Assembly: GCF_036321535.1 (NCBI RefSeq)
Contig: NC_087436.1
Location: forward strand, 48,548,001 to 48,612,000
Reading direction: 5' to 3'
DNA length: 64,000 nt
DNA from: Camelus dromedarius
Lineage: Eukaryota
Positions 12,719 through 26,604 of the stretch are shown here, in pieces (position 1 is the first letter of the stretch; each line of letters opens with the position of its first letter). Position numbers and translations under genes: made by a program. The notes beneath the pieces were generated by a model. The model was not told where the DNA came from and made no database searches. It saw only the letters and a program-made list of their open reading frames with translations.

Positions 12719-14861
12719 AATTTATACTATGTTTTTTAACTTATTACAATCTGCTTTTAAGTACTATTATACCACTTCACATATGGTATAAATACAACAT
12801 ATATCTTCATTTCACCTCCCAGCATTTGTATTATTGTTGTCCTACCTTTTATTTCTACATACGAACTCCACAATAAATTATTGTTTTTGCTTTAGTCAAT
12901 TATTTTTAAAAATTTTGAATAAAAGTTTTTTTTAATATTTAAATACATATTTATAATCCTGAGTCTCTTCATTCTTCTGTATGGATCCAGATTTCCATCA
13001 GGTATAATTTTCCTTCTGCCTGAAAGACTGATTTCAGCATTTCTCATAGTGCAGGATTGCCGGTGAATTCTTTCAGCTTCTGTGTGTGTGAGACTCTTTG
13101 TTTCACCTTTGTCTTTGAAAGACATTTTTGCTGGGCATACAATTATAAGTTGATAGGGTTTTTTTTTTTTTTTTTTAATGCTTCAAAAATACTGCTCCAC
13201 TGTCATTTTTGTGCCCTGTTTTTGACAGGAAAAAATTCTTCTCATTGACACATAATGTGTCTTTTTTCTCCGGCTATGGTGTAAGATTTTTCTCCTCACC
13301 ACTGATTTTGAGAAATCTGAGTGTGATGTACCTTGGTATAGTTTTCTTCATATTTCATGTGCTTTGGGTTCTTGAGATTATTTAATCTATCAGTTTACAA
13401 TTTTCATCATTTTTAGATAATGTTTGGCTGTTATATCTTCAAATATTCTTTCTGTCCGCTCTCATCTTCTCTCTCTTGAAGTCTTCAATAACGTATGTAT
13501 TCAGCCTGTTGAAGTTACACACTGATGCTTAGGACATGTTTTGATTTGGGTTTCTTTTTTTCCTTTTTCCCTCTGTCCCTGTTTCATTTTGGATACTTTC
13601 TATTGCTGTGTTTTCAAGTTTACTAATCTTTTATTCTGCAACATCTAATCTGCTCATAAGCCCATTCAGCGTAATTTTTGTCTCAAACATTGTATTTTTT
13701 ATCTCTAGAAGAATTTTCTTTTTCTTTTTTTTATATCTGCTGTGTCTCAACTTAACATGTTCAATGCTCTATTAGCTTTTTGAGCATGTAGAGTATATAT
13801 ATAAAAGGTGTTTTAATATCTTGGCCTGCTATTACAAGCATTTATGTCAGCTCTGTGTCCATTTTGATTGAATGATTTTTCTCCTCATTATGATCATTTT
13901 TTTCCCTACTACTTTACACTGCTGGTATTTTTTATTGGATTTTAGTCATGGAGAATTTTACCTTGTTGGAGACTGGGTATTTTTATGTTCTTGTAAATAT
14001 TCTTGAACTTTATTTTGAGATGCAGCTAAGTAACATTGGAATGGTTTGATCATTTCAAGGCTTGCTTTTAAGAGTTGTTAAGTGAGACCAGAGCAGCATA
14101 ATATGGGAGGATAATTTTGCCCCATTACTAAGGCAATATCCTTTTGATTACTCTACCTGATGCCTTGTTTATTACAGTGTTTTTAAAAATTCTAGCTGGT
14201 GGTAAGATGAGCTATGCCTGCTTTTGTGTGAGCCTAGTGTGTTTTCCCCCTTGATCCTTTCAAGTGGTTCTTCCTTCCTTTGTACAGTTTCCTGATACAT
14301 GTACTCTTCTAGTCGGTGGGAAAAGAGATGGTTAGTTTGTTGTTGAAGTAACTCAGATAAGATTCCTAATGATGAACAATTGACTTTGATCAGAAGGGAA
14401 GAAGGTAATATATTTTACATCATCTCCTTAAAAGAAAGAAAAGTTGAATAATAGTGTTGTAACTTATTTCTATTGACTGTATTTTTAAAATTAAATTAGC
14501 CTGAGGAGTTCATATTTTATTATATTTTATTGTTTTGACATTCCATACTCTACAGTGAAGTCAGTTTTCCCATTTGTAATATATATGTGTCAGTGAATAT
14601 AAATAATGATCCTGTGGAGAGCAATGAGCTTTATTTCATTTACAGTACTTAGATTTTAATGTAGTGTATAACTACTTATGGTTCTTGACTCACATTTAAT
14701 AGCATAGATACTCAACTGTGTGCAATGCAAAGAAAAATACAACTCTAGTCATAAATTCACAATTGATAGGTGCCAAAAAATATTTATTTAAACCCTATAG
14801 GTAGTACAAAAGTCTTTGTCTAATAGGAGACTGCATTGACATAAAACATAAAATAAAATTA

Positions 14862-15516
14862 TGGAAAACAGTATGGAGATTCCTCAAAAAACTAAAAATA
14901 GACTTATATGATCCAGCAATCCCGCTCCTGGGCATGTATCTAGAGGGAACTCTAATTCAAAAAGATGCATGCATCCCAATGTTCACAGCAGCACTATTTA
15001 TAATAACCAAGACATGGAAACAACCTAAATGTCCATCAATAGATGATGGCTAAAGAAGTTGTGGTATGTTTATACAATGGAATACTACTCAGCCATAAAA
15101 AAGGATAAGATAGTGCCATTTGCAGCAACTTGGATGGACCTGGAGATCATCATTCTAAGTGAAGTAAGCCAGCCAGAAAGAAAAGAAAAAATATGGTATC
15201 ACTCATATGTGGGAAAAAAATACACAAATGAAATTATTTACCAAACAGAAACAGACTCACAGACATAGAAAACAAATATGGTTACCGGAGGGGAAGTGGA
15301 GTGGGAAGGGATAAATTGAGAGTTTGAGATTTGCAGATGCTAAATGCTATATATAAAATAGATAACAGGTTTCTACTTTATAGCACAGGAAACTGTATTC
15401 AATATCTTCTAGTAACCTATTATGAAAAGGAATATATGTATGTATATGTATGGCTGAAACACTATGCTGTACACCAGAAATGGACACATTGTAAACTGAC
15501 AATACTTAAATTTTTT
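14862..15516 (+). mobile_element. 5'-truncated L1 (ORF2 C-terminus + 3' UTR)
   Basis: ORF2 peptide WYVYTMEYYSAIKK...FAATWMDLEIIILSEVSQ; probable TSD taaaatta at 14854-14861 and 15517-15524. Confidence 0.92.
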
Positions 15517-16260
15517 TAAAATTAGAGCTTTTTCAGATTTTTCTATAAATTATTATTGGTTATTGATACTTGTTCTTAAAGGAGATTTTACTCTACTTTT
15601 AGAAATTAAGAATGATTTCTCACTTTCGGAATTTCACAAAATTAATTAAAAGTGTGTGTTTCATTTCTAAATAGTAAACTTAGGAAAATAAATTTGTCAC
15701 TCAGCTAAAGAACCAAATTATTTCATTCCTAGATCTCATTACTTTTAGAAACTTCCCATTAATTTATAAAGTGGTAATAGAAAGCTTATGTTTCTAATAT
15801 CCTTTAATGAGACATTTCGGACATTTTTCAAATATCATCTCATCATGTCTCAAAAAAATATTCAGTAAGTGTAACTCAGCACTAATGAGGACTATTCAAA
15901 TCTTAATATTTTGTTCGTGAGAAGAGTTCTCCTCTGAAAAGTACTCCCTTGAAATTAGCATGCTAGCATTGTATTTAGGTTAGGCCTTGTCTTGAGTGTA
16001 TCCTTTGATGAAATGAAGACATTCTGTGGCATAAACCTTGGCAAAAGGGTCTTCTGCAGCATTTGTGATAGATATCATTATTTAATTGGGTATTTGCATT
16101 AATAATTATAATTATCAACATTCTCTTCTATTTTAATCAGTAGAGTAGACCAAAACATAGAGCTGGTTTTTTACCATTCAGTTTATTGGTAGTCATTCTA
16201 ATTATCTCTTTTATTTCTTCTTTGTTCGTCCCCTGCATCCCTTTCTTTTTCCACCCACAG

Positions 16261-16297
16261 CTCTATGCCATCCCTTGGTTTCTCACCATGTTTACTC
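16261..16297 (+). CDS. TBCK: TBCK 37-nt coding exon: LYAIPWFLTMFT(H)
   Basis: Long pyrimidine tract ending ccacccacag at 16260; donor gtaagt at 16298. Carries the conserved TBC 'WFLT.F' motif; phase 0 in, phase 1 out. Confidence 0.95.
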
Positions 16298-17279
16298 GTA
16301 AGTATCATCTTCCCTTGTCTTTTGATATTGTATTATCAAAAGGACAGCTCCATTCTTCCCCAGTACATTATAGTTACAATAATATTAAGCAGATTTAATT
16401 ATATAAGCATCCTTATGTAATTCTAGTGTTACAGGGTTGGGTAAAAAAGAAATTATGATTGTTCTGACTGCTAAATATCAAAACGAGTGTTCTCTAGGAT
16501 GAAAACCTTTCTTACATGCCATGACATTCACAAAATCTCTGCCCTCTATTGAAAAATAAATTAATATTAACTATAGTATTTACATAAAGTTTTCAAAGGC
16601 AACTTTTACAATCAAATCAGACTCAATTTTTAGAGATTGTCTAATAAGTAATGCTTTTATTTCTTATACTAGAATTTCTCTAGAAATAAAAGTTTATGTG
16701 AATGTATAATACTTTTAATCAGTTACAGATATTAGTATGGTGGATATCCTGCTTAAATATGTACATATGATAAGTGGAATACAATATTTGAAGTAGGTCT
16801 GTATGCACTGACCTAAAAAGATGTTAAGATTGTTATTAAAAACGGAAATGGAAAAAGGACAGTTGCAAAAGTAGAAAATTGTTAATCAGATTTTTTGATG
16901 AGAATTTGAAAAAGCAATGTTTAGAGTGTATAATAGAAATGTAATAATACTGAATCTATAACAATACTGTAATTCTTCTAATTAAAAAACTTATGAGAAT
17001 AATATAACTGGAAAATTCTAGGAATTAATAGACTGAATTTGAACAACTATACTAAGATTAATAGAGATTAGAAAATGTCATCTATTCGATCAATCTGATT
17101 GTCAGTTTTTTAAGATGTCTTAGGAATCAATAAATCTACAAAGCCAAGTAAACATTTTATAAAAACAGTTTGATAGTATTTGCTTTTTAATAGTTTTGGC
17201 CATAAAAAATTGTCATATGTCTAGTAAAGCAGCTTATAGTTGTTTTAATTTTTATTTTGTTTTTTTTAGTTTTAATTAA

Positions 17280-17480
<201 letters not shown>

Positions 17481-19814
17481 TAAAGAGAATCACTAAATGA
17501 AATGTAATTATAGGATAATGAGACATTCTTATAACAGTTTGGAATGATCATCTAGGCCTTCAGAATCTCTTCTAGTTGAACCTCATCATCCCTCTCTGAA
17601 TTCTCTCCCTTGTATACTACCTCTTCTGCTGGCCCAGCATTGTAAACAGAAAACTGGGTCATACTAGCTCACTGTCATTTACATTCATGTCATTGATGCC
17701 ACCAAAAAGGTAAAAGAGGTAGGGGGGTTATGACATATTTGTCTTTTTGCTTAGGATAGACCCGTTTATCTTCAGCAGATAGAGAGTAAATAAAGGCCAC
17801 TTGGGAAGGTGTTTGAGAATCTAATTTACATGGATCTTTGCTTTCTCCTCTCCATAGCGGCATGCTAATAATTTGACAGTTTGAGGAAAGAAAATACTGT
17901 CCTCTTGGGAGGGCAGATCACACTCCAGGGAAATTCCGTGTTATACAATGCATGATAATACGTTAAGCTGTATTGTATTCACAAGTGAGGAGTTCATAAA
18001 TCTAGGAGTTGAATGCTGAAGTGTAGAAATCTGAATTTTAACTATGGTTTAACCTTTGATGCTATAGCTGAAAAGATGAAAGTAATATGGTTGCATAGAA
18101 TATAACAATCTGTGGAAGACAAATACTAAACTACCTTTTTGCAGAAACCAAAATGTTTTCAGGTAGAAAAATTCTACTTTCTTCAAATAGCATTGTATTG
18201 GCTCCAATCCTTCTATGAGTTTATTGCTGTTCTCCATATGTTCAGGCAGGCACGAGTGGTTGCTGAAAATAAACACACTTAAAATTGTCCAAGAGATAAA
18301 TTTGCTTAAAAATCAAACAAAGAATAAAAGAAAGGTATTTTAAGATTATGTATTTAATAAGTACTCTCAAGAAGACTAAGAAACCTGTTATCTACACCAG
18401 TTTTTATTTTTAGTCGATGATCTATATCTGGATCTGTTAACCATTTCTCTGTTGTTGAAAATCTTCATCCTTTTTGGGAAAATAATAAGAAAAATTATTA
18501 GATTTATTTAAAATCTCTCTTTCCCCCCAAATTACAAGTATCACCATCAGCTTTCTAACTAATCAAACTTTAATTAAAGTCAATTATTTCTTATATGAAC
18601 AAATAGTTTAGCTCTTATGTTATTTTTTTTCTAGGATATTCTTTATGAAAATCAAGTTATCTGTCTTTTTTTTTCCTGTTGGTGTTGAACAGTTACAAAC
18701 AAGCTTGTTTTACAAACTGCAAATACTGTCTGTACCCTACAGATATTTTCCTGTTATTCCTAACTTGCCAAGGTAAACAGAGGATGATTGATTAGGGTTA
18801 AAAGAATTTTTATGGTCTGGTCTAAAAAATATATATTAGGAATAATGATTGTACATTTTCAAGTCAAAGAAATTTAATGCCTTTCCTGTTTTGAACACAA
18901 ATGTTCCAATTATACACTGGTAAAAGAATCTATTTTCATATTGTGTAGGCAGGTTAGTGGTAACTCTGCTTATCCATTAAAATAAAGTTATTATTTTGGA
19001 AATCAGAAAGTGAGAATATGTGTTTGTTGGAACTGACTTGTTGAAAAGGTAAACACTACTTACTTTTGAAAATAGGAAGCCCTCTATTGATGTGGATTCC
19101 CTTTATCCTCAGTGCCATTTTTCTGGTTCATAACTTACTTGGTCACTGTATATGATTCCTGTTGGGGAAAAAAAGAGTTTGTAAGAAAAATGTGACTTAA
19201 AAAGAGGGGGAGTGTCAAAGCAAACTTAGCCCTTAAGTACACCTGTGTTTCATTTTATTTTTTATCAAAATGCACTTATTTGGGATGTCTTGCCTAATTA
19301 GATCTGAAAGATGTCCTTTTTTCATCATGTTGAGCCTCCTAACTGTATTTGATGCTTGAAGGAACTGGGAAGTGGTCCTGGGAAGTCCTAAAAAATGAAT
19401 CCAGATTAATACATAAACAAACACACTGAACATGCCTTTTCTAAGCAAAATATTATGTGACTTAAGCTTGGAATATATTTGAAAGAAAGAAAACATCATT
19501 TCTTAAGTCTACAAAAAAAGAATAGATAGGCTAACTCTGTATTTCACCTTAATTCTTGAGACAGACTTTGTAGATAAAGATAGGTTAGGATTAATCATTA
19601 ATTTGAACTCAATTTTAAATTGCTTTACTGAAATACCCAATTAACTGAGTTTAAAAGCATAAGTAAGCAGTCAGAACACGTTTAACTAAATTCTTTGCTG
19701 AAACAGATTAGCATATTCACTGTTCAAAACATCTGTTGACAATAATATGATGGAAACACTATCCAGTTGGAAACCTTGTGAACAAAATAAGCTTCTGGAG
19801 TTTTGTGTGTTTTC

Positions 19815-20062
19815 TGTTGGGGAGAGGGGCTCAGAGGAGAATCTGTTTCATGCCTCTCCCTTAGTTTCTTGGTGGTTGTTGGCAGTCCTTGGCGTTCTGT
19901 GGCTTGGGGCAGAATGACTGCAACCTCTGCCTCCGTGGTCACATGTCATTCTCCCCTATGTCTGTGTCCAAATTACCCTCTTCTTACAAGGACTCCAGTC
20001 ATTGGATTAGGGCCCACCCAACTCCAGTATGATCAGGTCTTTACTTGATTATATCTGCAAAG
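19815..20062 (-). mobile_element. MLT1 (MaLR) LTR fragment, MLT1C-like
   Basis: gagaatctgtttcatgcctctc...ccagtcattggattagggcccaccc...atatctgcaaaga. Confidence 0.8.
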
Positions 20063-20247
20063 AATGAGCTGCCTGAGGACCAACTTTCATTCTCACTTAC
20101 ATCAAGATGACTGCACCAACAGGACACCACCAATGCAACAGATGACTGTTGACACTCCCCTAGGTGAAGAAATATCAGTGTTTTTTCCCTGTTAATTGTC
20201 CTTTCTAGGTTTTTTCCTACAGACCCTAGTGGGTTTTTTTCCCTACC

Positions 20248-20500
20248 AATAGCCTAGTGGTTAAGAGCATGGAGTATGGAACCACATCAACTGGTTTTAG
20301 GTCCGGGCTTTACCACTTACAATTTTGTGACCTTAGGGACATGACTTAAACTCTTTGTATCTGTTTCTTTAACCCTGATTATATGAAAGTGATAACAGTA
20401 CTTACCTCCCAAGGTTGTTGTACTGAATAAATCAGCATATCTGAAAAATTTAGAGCAGTGCCAGCAAAGAGGAAGTGCTATGTAGGTGATTATTATTATT
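20248..20500 (+). mobile_element. MIR SINE, near full length
   Basis: tRNA-like head agcctagtggttaagagcatgg, core and tail all present. Confidence 0.85.
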
Positions 20501-20749
20501 AATGTTATTATCATCATTATTATATAATTTTCCTCACTTTTTTGTTTGTATCATGGCATGCTTTACAATTGATAGAATAAATGAAGCAATCATCCCATTT
20601 GAGTCTTTCTATAAATTATTGAGGTAGATATCAATCATATAGATTTCCTTATTAGCAAAAGCAATTAAGGAATTACCTAAGAAGTAAAGTAAGCCTTCAA
20701 TGTTAAATGTATATTATGACTAAGAAGAATAGCTCTTTTCATTGCTCAG

Positions 20750-21100
20750 AGACAGCATGGTATAGTGGATAGACAGCCCAGTCTTTGGAGTCAAGACATA
20801 AGGGTTTGAGTCCTAGCTCTACCACTCACTACCTGTGTGACTCAGGAAAGTTTCAGAATGGTTCTGCCACTGAAAAGAGTGGTCTGTGGAGTGAAACAGA
20901 TATGAGTTCACATCCCAGCTCTGGCATATAGTAGTTGTGTGAATTTGGGCAAGTTTTTAACCTCACTGGAAAGAGGCTCCTCTACATTATGAAAGTTTCA
21001 CTAAAATACAGGTAATTTCTGCTTTAATGTTAGAGTATGAAAGATAATATACATAATGCACATGACACAAAACCTGCTACCAAGTATGCATAACTATTTT
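20750..21100 (+). mobile_element. Two tandem MIR fragments
   Basis: Heads at ~20750 (cagcatggtatagtggataga) and ~20872 (gagttcacatcccagctctg...ttgggcaagtt). Confidence 0.7.
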
Positions 21101-21554
21101 TTCAAGTAGGTGTCACATTTAATATTTTAAGAATGCAAATAATGTGTAACATTCAATCCTTGTAAGTTCCCTCTCCTTTCTCCTTTCTTCCTCTTTTCCA
21201 CAACTTTATACTAACTCTTTAGTTCTTGAACAGAGAGCACAGCAGGAAGGCATTGTTATTTTTGCCAAAAATTGCTTCCAACTTCTGTTCCCTTGTAGTA
21301 AATGATACAGTGTGATGTCACATTCCAAGAAAGTACAAGTGGTGCTAGAAAATCTTGTTAAAAGTTCTTGATATGTATTGGTAGATGTGTCATTTTAGTA
21401 CTAGAGGAAATAACCATGAGAGCAGTACATTTGTCATTTCTCAAGCAATCTGAAAATAGTGGTAGGGTATTTTGGAAGAAATACTGGGTTTTTCATAGTG
21501 CCATCCAATACTGAATGTTGGCCACTGATGTTAAGAAAACAGTTTCCACAAGAA

Positions 21555-22166
21555 GCTTCCCTATTCCTGGGGCCCCTAGATTAGGCATTCATAGATTTTT
21601 ACTCCCTAATAGGCAGGGTCAAGGCCCCTGCTCAGCTATGGGAGATAGACTACCACCCCTCTGCACCCTTATAAGATTGTGGGAGTAAAATTTCTGAGGG
21701 GAAAGTGAGACAGGAAGGAAGAGGGCAGGACACAGCCATAAAGAAATGACACAGCAGTTAGCACCAAGATGGCATGAAAGTCCACTCCCAATAGACCTGG
21801 AAGCCCAAGATGGCCAGATATTTGACCTCTAGTGGACCTTGAGGTTCATTATACACATTGTAATATACTAGCGTGGTGAATGACACACCCACAGGTGCCA
21901 TGACAGTTCTGAAGCCAACCATGAAAGTTCAAAACCAGGGTGGTGGCCCAATTCCTGGGAATCCCTGCCCCTTCCCCAGGGTAGTAGGAATAATCCTCTC
22001 ACTTCTTAATATATAAAAACTAGCAACACTGCACTCTCTCTTGCCTTCTGAGACCGCCCGTACTCTTGTCTATGGAGTATGTATCTACCTTTACTTTAAC
22101 CTCCACGCACATCCCCCACCATGTACATCTCTAAATAAATCTACTTTTACTCAAAAAGAAAAAAAA
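21555..22166 (+). mobile_element. ERV1 3' end: internal stub, polypurine tract and MER41-like LTR ending in an A-tail
   Basis: PPT gaggggaaag 21696-21705; LTR start TGAGACAGG at 21706; TATAAAAA 22012-22019; AATAAA 22134-22139; A-tract 22153-22166. 5' boundary approximate. Confidence 0.75.
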
Positions 22167-23504
22167 TCGTTAATAATTTCAGAATGGATTTGTAGCTGAG
22201 ATGTTTAAATGTTTTTTTTTTATTTTATTGGTGTATTTCCTTTGTACAGTTGAAAATTAATTCAACGTGTGTATGTCATTATGGTTGAAATAAGTTCTTA
22301 GAGTGTGTATCTTTGTACCTCTGAGCATCTTCAAAGATAGGAATCTTTAGAAGAAGTTTTTTTAAGGACCTATAGAAAGAAATTGGGAAATATGTATGGA
22401 AGAACACTTAATATATTCTCAGAGGTTAAAATAGTTACTTTACCACTAAAAGAAAGAAATATGTACATATAAATACAGCGAAATAGAGAGTCTGTTGAAG
22501 GGACTTGAGCATATGAAAACTTTGAAATCTTATTTGAAGGAAGAAATTAGCGTTTGGCTGAAACATCTTAGTTGTATGATGTGTGTTTGATTATGGAAGC
22601 TAAGTTGAAGTGAAAAATTTTAAATAAAATTTTGAGATTTCATTTCAGTGTTACCCACATACTTCACAATGGGATTCATTTTAAGCACATAATGAAAAAT
22701 ACTGGTAGTATCTCACTATTGTGTAGCACTTCAAGGGTTCCTCAAAAGTATTGTATTAATATCTTAAGTAGCTAGGAAAAAATGTACTTATTTATTCTGA
22801 CTTAAAGCACTTTTGTAATGCAGTCTTTATCATTATTTAGCATAGCATGGAATACTTAATAAAAACAGTACACTTTTTGAACAACACAGTTATGTGCCAG
22901 GTTCCCTACAATCTATAATTAGAAATCCAGGCCATTTTTTTCAAATAACATACAGATATGTTGGAACTGAAAGAAAATGAGTTAAGTTATTAAAAATTAA
23001 GAAATAGAGCAAAGTATAAAATATGTAAACTCTTAAATCTGTCTTATTATTTTCCTGTTTATCCTCAAGATGGAATTGGAAATTAATGAGAATAAGAGAG
23101 TGAGGAGGAAATTCGACTCAATTTATGAAATTTCATAGATTTTTAAGATACTTTTGACATTCCCCATAGCGGGAAAGAAGGGCAGTGAGAAGTGATCTAG
23201 CTTTTTTTGTTGTTGTTGTTTTTTGGATGAGGCATGAGGTTCAATTAACAGTTACTTGCTTTCATTGAGAGATAAATATAAATGAAATAGGATTACCATA
23301 ATATTTTTATGTAATCTCCCAATTGTAAACAGTGGCTCAAATTTTTAAAAACTGTAACACTTAAGCCAAGTATAACTGATTGTAGCCAGTTGGCTACTAA
23401 TTTGTGACCCCTTTATTAAGTAAATAGTTATAATGGTGTTAAGTTCTATAGACAGCAATAGGAATTTATAGCAGGACACACCAAGTCTGAGGAAGGAATA
23501 ATGC

Positions 23505-23990
23505 ACTTTTCTGTGCTAGTATTTCAATTTGGCTCTTCTATATTGGTTGCATTTCCCTGTCCATTCACTTTGACTATATTTTCCGTCAAGTCCTTGAACA
23601 TATCTATAGTAATTAATTTAAAGTCCTTATTTGCTAAGTCCTATTCTGGATCATCTTGTAGGTATATTTCTATGCTTCTCTTGATTTTAAGTCACATTTT
23701 TCTGCTTTGCATATCTAATTATTTATTATATAGTGGATATTAATAAAAGTATATTGTAAGGAGTCAATTTTATCATCTTTCTTTAAAGAATGTTGAGTTT
23801 TGTTCTGCTAGACAGTTAAATAACTGGTGGGCCCTTTTGTTCATATCAAATTGGTTTTATTCTTTGTTAAGGTGGGTCTCTTTTAATTTTTTTATTTAGC
23901 TAAACAATGTGGCATGTCTAGGTCCTTAACTTAATACCCAAGGTGCTCAGTGGGAACTCTCACTCTGACCTGACCAGGCTTTGACAAATA
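23505..23990 (-). mobile_element. Old L1M 5' region relic
   Basis: ttgaacatatctatagtaattaatttaaagtccttatttgcta...gttgagttttgttctg motifs. Confidence 0.55.
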
Positions 23991-25277
23991 CTCATCTTTG
24001 TGATCCCTCAGCACGTAATACCATAACTTGAATATAGTAATAACTCATTTAGTTCAGTTTAATTAAATAAACAGTAGGGAAGCCTTTATGGACACATTGG
24101 CATGGGGAAATATTGAGACCTAAACTTAAGTGTATACATTGTTAATTCTCATATATATAGTAAGCTTCATTTCAAAAGTTAGATTGTGAATAGAAAATTT
24201 TGGCAATGTGGATAATCTTTAGTTATCAAAACTTAGAATCACTTTTAGAGTTTAAAATCTTTTTAAGATTTTTAATCTTGTGTAATCATTGCAACTATAT
24301 TAAGTAGCTTTCTTATTATCTCCATTTTGCTCTTGAACTAATTGAAACACATTGAGGTTATAGATTGTAGTTAGTAACTGGCATTTAGAATTCAAATCCA
24401 GTACTTTTTACTAAGCAAGGGAACATGTTACATGTTTAAGAAGCAGTTCCATATCAGCAGTTTCAAATGGTTCAATCTAGTAGCTTCAAAAGTTCAATTC
24501 TGACATCCTAGGAAGCTCATTTAAATTATAATAATGACATTACTTGCTATTAGATAAAACCCTTAGGTAACATACTAGCCATTGCTTTATGCATGTGTTA
24601 GTCCTTTCTCAGTAAACAACAAATAAAAACTTGATTTTTAAAAAGTTTTAACTCATTTTAAATATAAAATGTTATTTCTACAATTTATCTTCCTTTATTT
24701 AAGCAAGCCATGTTTTGTAATTGTGGTTTGGATATACAAAATCATTTATTTCCCATCCATAGGAGTTCTACTGTCTACTTATTCCGTACCTGCCTCACAA
24801 AGACAACCATGAGTTTATTCTCTCAAACAAAGGGTGGTATGGAACAATAATCATACTATTATTAAGTACAGATGAGGATTTTAGAGTGGGGAAGAAAACG
24901 TTTCTGTCCAATATGTTAAATGTCTTGCATAAACCAAGATATTCTAGAATGGCTTCAGTGACCCCTCTTGTCCTGTGATTACATAATTAGGATAAAATTA
25001 TTAATACTTTAATTCTTACAAATCCAGAGTGCCCAGTAAATGTCCTGGGGATTATTCTTTTTAGTGAGAGTATTCTTTGACAATGGAGTTTATTTTGCAT
25101 TTGAACAAAGTCATAATTTGTTTCCTTTGTCAAGTGATAAATCAACTATAATAAACAGATTATGACTTGATTACAGATTTGTGACTTTCTTTCAGCAGTT
25201 CCTTTTCAAAAACACTCTTAATTTTAAAAAAGTATCCTTGGAGATAACTACTATGCCATTTTTACTGATTTTACTAT

Positions 25278-25613
25278 ATTGATACATTGTTATTAACTGA
25301 GGTCCATAGTTTAGTTGTGTTGCAGAGTTCTCTAGGTTTTTGACAAATGCACAGTGTCATGTATTCACCATTGCAGTATTATACAGAACAGTTTCACCAC
25401 TCTAAATATTCACTGTGCTTCAGCTGCTCATCCATCCTCTCCTACTCCCCCCATCCCCAGAAACCCTTGGCGACTAGTGATCTTTTTTTTGTCCTTACAA
25501 AGTTTTGCCTTTTCCAGAATAACATATGGTTGGAATCATAGACTGTGTAGCCTTTCAGACTTTTTCTGCTCGTGGCTTGATAGCTCATTTCTTTTTATCA
25601 CTGAATAATATTC
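25278..25613 (-). mobile_element. L1MC-type 3' UTR fragment
   Basis: ttgacaaatgcacagtgtcatgtattcaccattgcagtattatacagaacagtttcacc...ttggaatcatagactgtgtagcctttcagac. Confidence 0.8.
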
Positions 25614-25829
25614 TAAGTCTTTGGATTTTGAAAAGTAGAAAAGAATAATTTTTTGAAAACATTCTCTTTTTAAAGAGAAATCTGTCAAGTGTAAAATAGA
25701 AAACTAGCCTATTTTTTAACTGAATTTAAAACAAGAAGCAGACTAAATGGGATCCAAGGCTTATACTTTTTAAAATTTTAGTCGAAGTGCTAAAATTTTT
25801 CATGTTTTCTGTATATCTAAAAGTTTGCC

Positions 25830-26048
25830 TATTAAATACTTGAGTTCCTACTATATGCTAGAATAATCTTATTTATACCTCATAACAGTCCCAGAAAGTA
25901 TCATTCCTGTTTTATAACTGAGAAAAGAGATGCAGAAAAATGAGTTGGCCAAAGCCGTACAACTTGTAAGTAATTGAACTGAATCAAAACTAGATAATGC
26001 TGCCTCCTGGGTTAATCTTTCCTGTGTGCCGTTGTTACTATACTGCCT
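25830..26048 (-). mobile_element. MIR SINE, degenerate
   Basis: Reversed tail, core and head recognisable (cctgttttataactgagaaaag...ttggccaaagcc). Confidence 0.55.
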
Positions 26049-26604
26049 TCTGAGCAAGTATCTTAACTGCTATTTTGCAGGCCAGGGACCATACCAAGGG
26101 AGTGAGACTCCATGCTCGCCATGCCCATCTCCTAACTTCATTCCCACCCCTTTTGAACTAGAGCCTTTAAAATTTGGAAACCTTTGTAATTCAGAATAAC
26201 AAATTGTACACATGTTTATCTCTGCTTCCTTCTGAAACATCACAAAAGTGACAGTAAGGGAATGAAAAAAGTATAATTCGAAGAAGAAAGAGAATATAAG
26301 TGCACTAGTAGACAAGAAATGTCAACAAGTATTTGGAAAATAGAAAGCAGTTACATCACTTAATAAAGCAAAGAATACTGAAACTTTCCTGCAAAGGAGG
26401 ATACCAAAAAGAAGCAAGCCGATTCTTGATGCAGACCAAAAGGTCTCCAGAGTTGAAGGTGAATGAAAAATGAGGCAGAAAATCAGAAAAGAAGCAATTG
26501 AATGTGTTTTTGCATAAGGAATAGTTTCATTTCTCCTGCCTTTGCAAATCTTTGCAACCACCCTCTTAGCCAAGAGTCTACTGGTCTGCAGAAGACTGGA
26601 AGAT

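Larger units (their letters stand above)
12282..14300 (-). mobile_element. Old L1M 5' region/ORF1 relic, interrupted by a microsatellite and MER20
   Basis: Minus-strand peptide SFKDKGETKS at 13125 resembles the L1 ORF1 C-terminal 'F..EGEIKTF' motif; T-rich plus strand. Confidence 0.7.
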
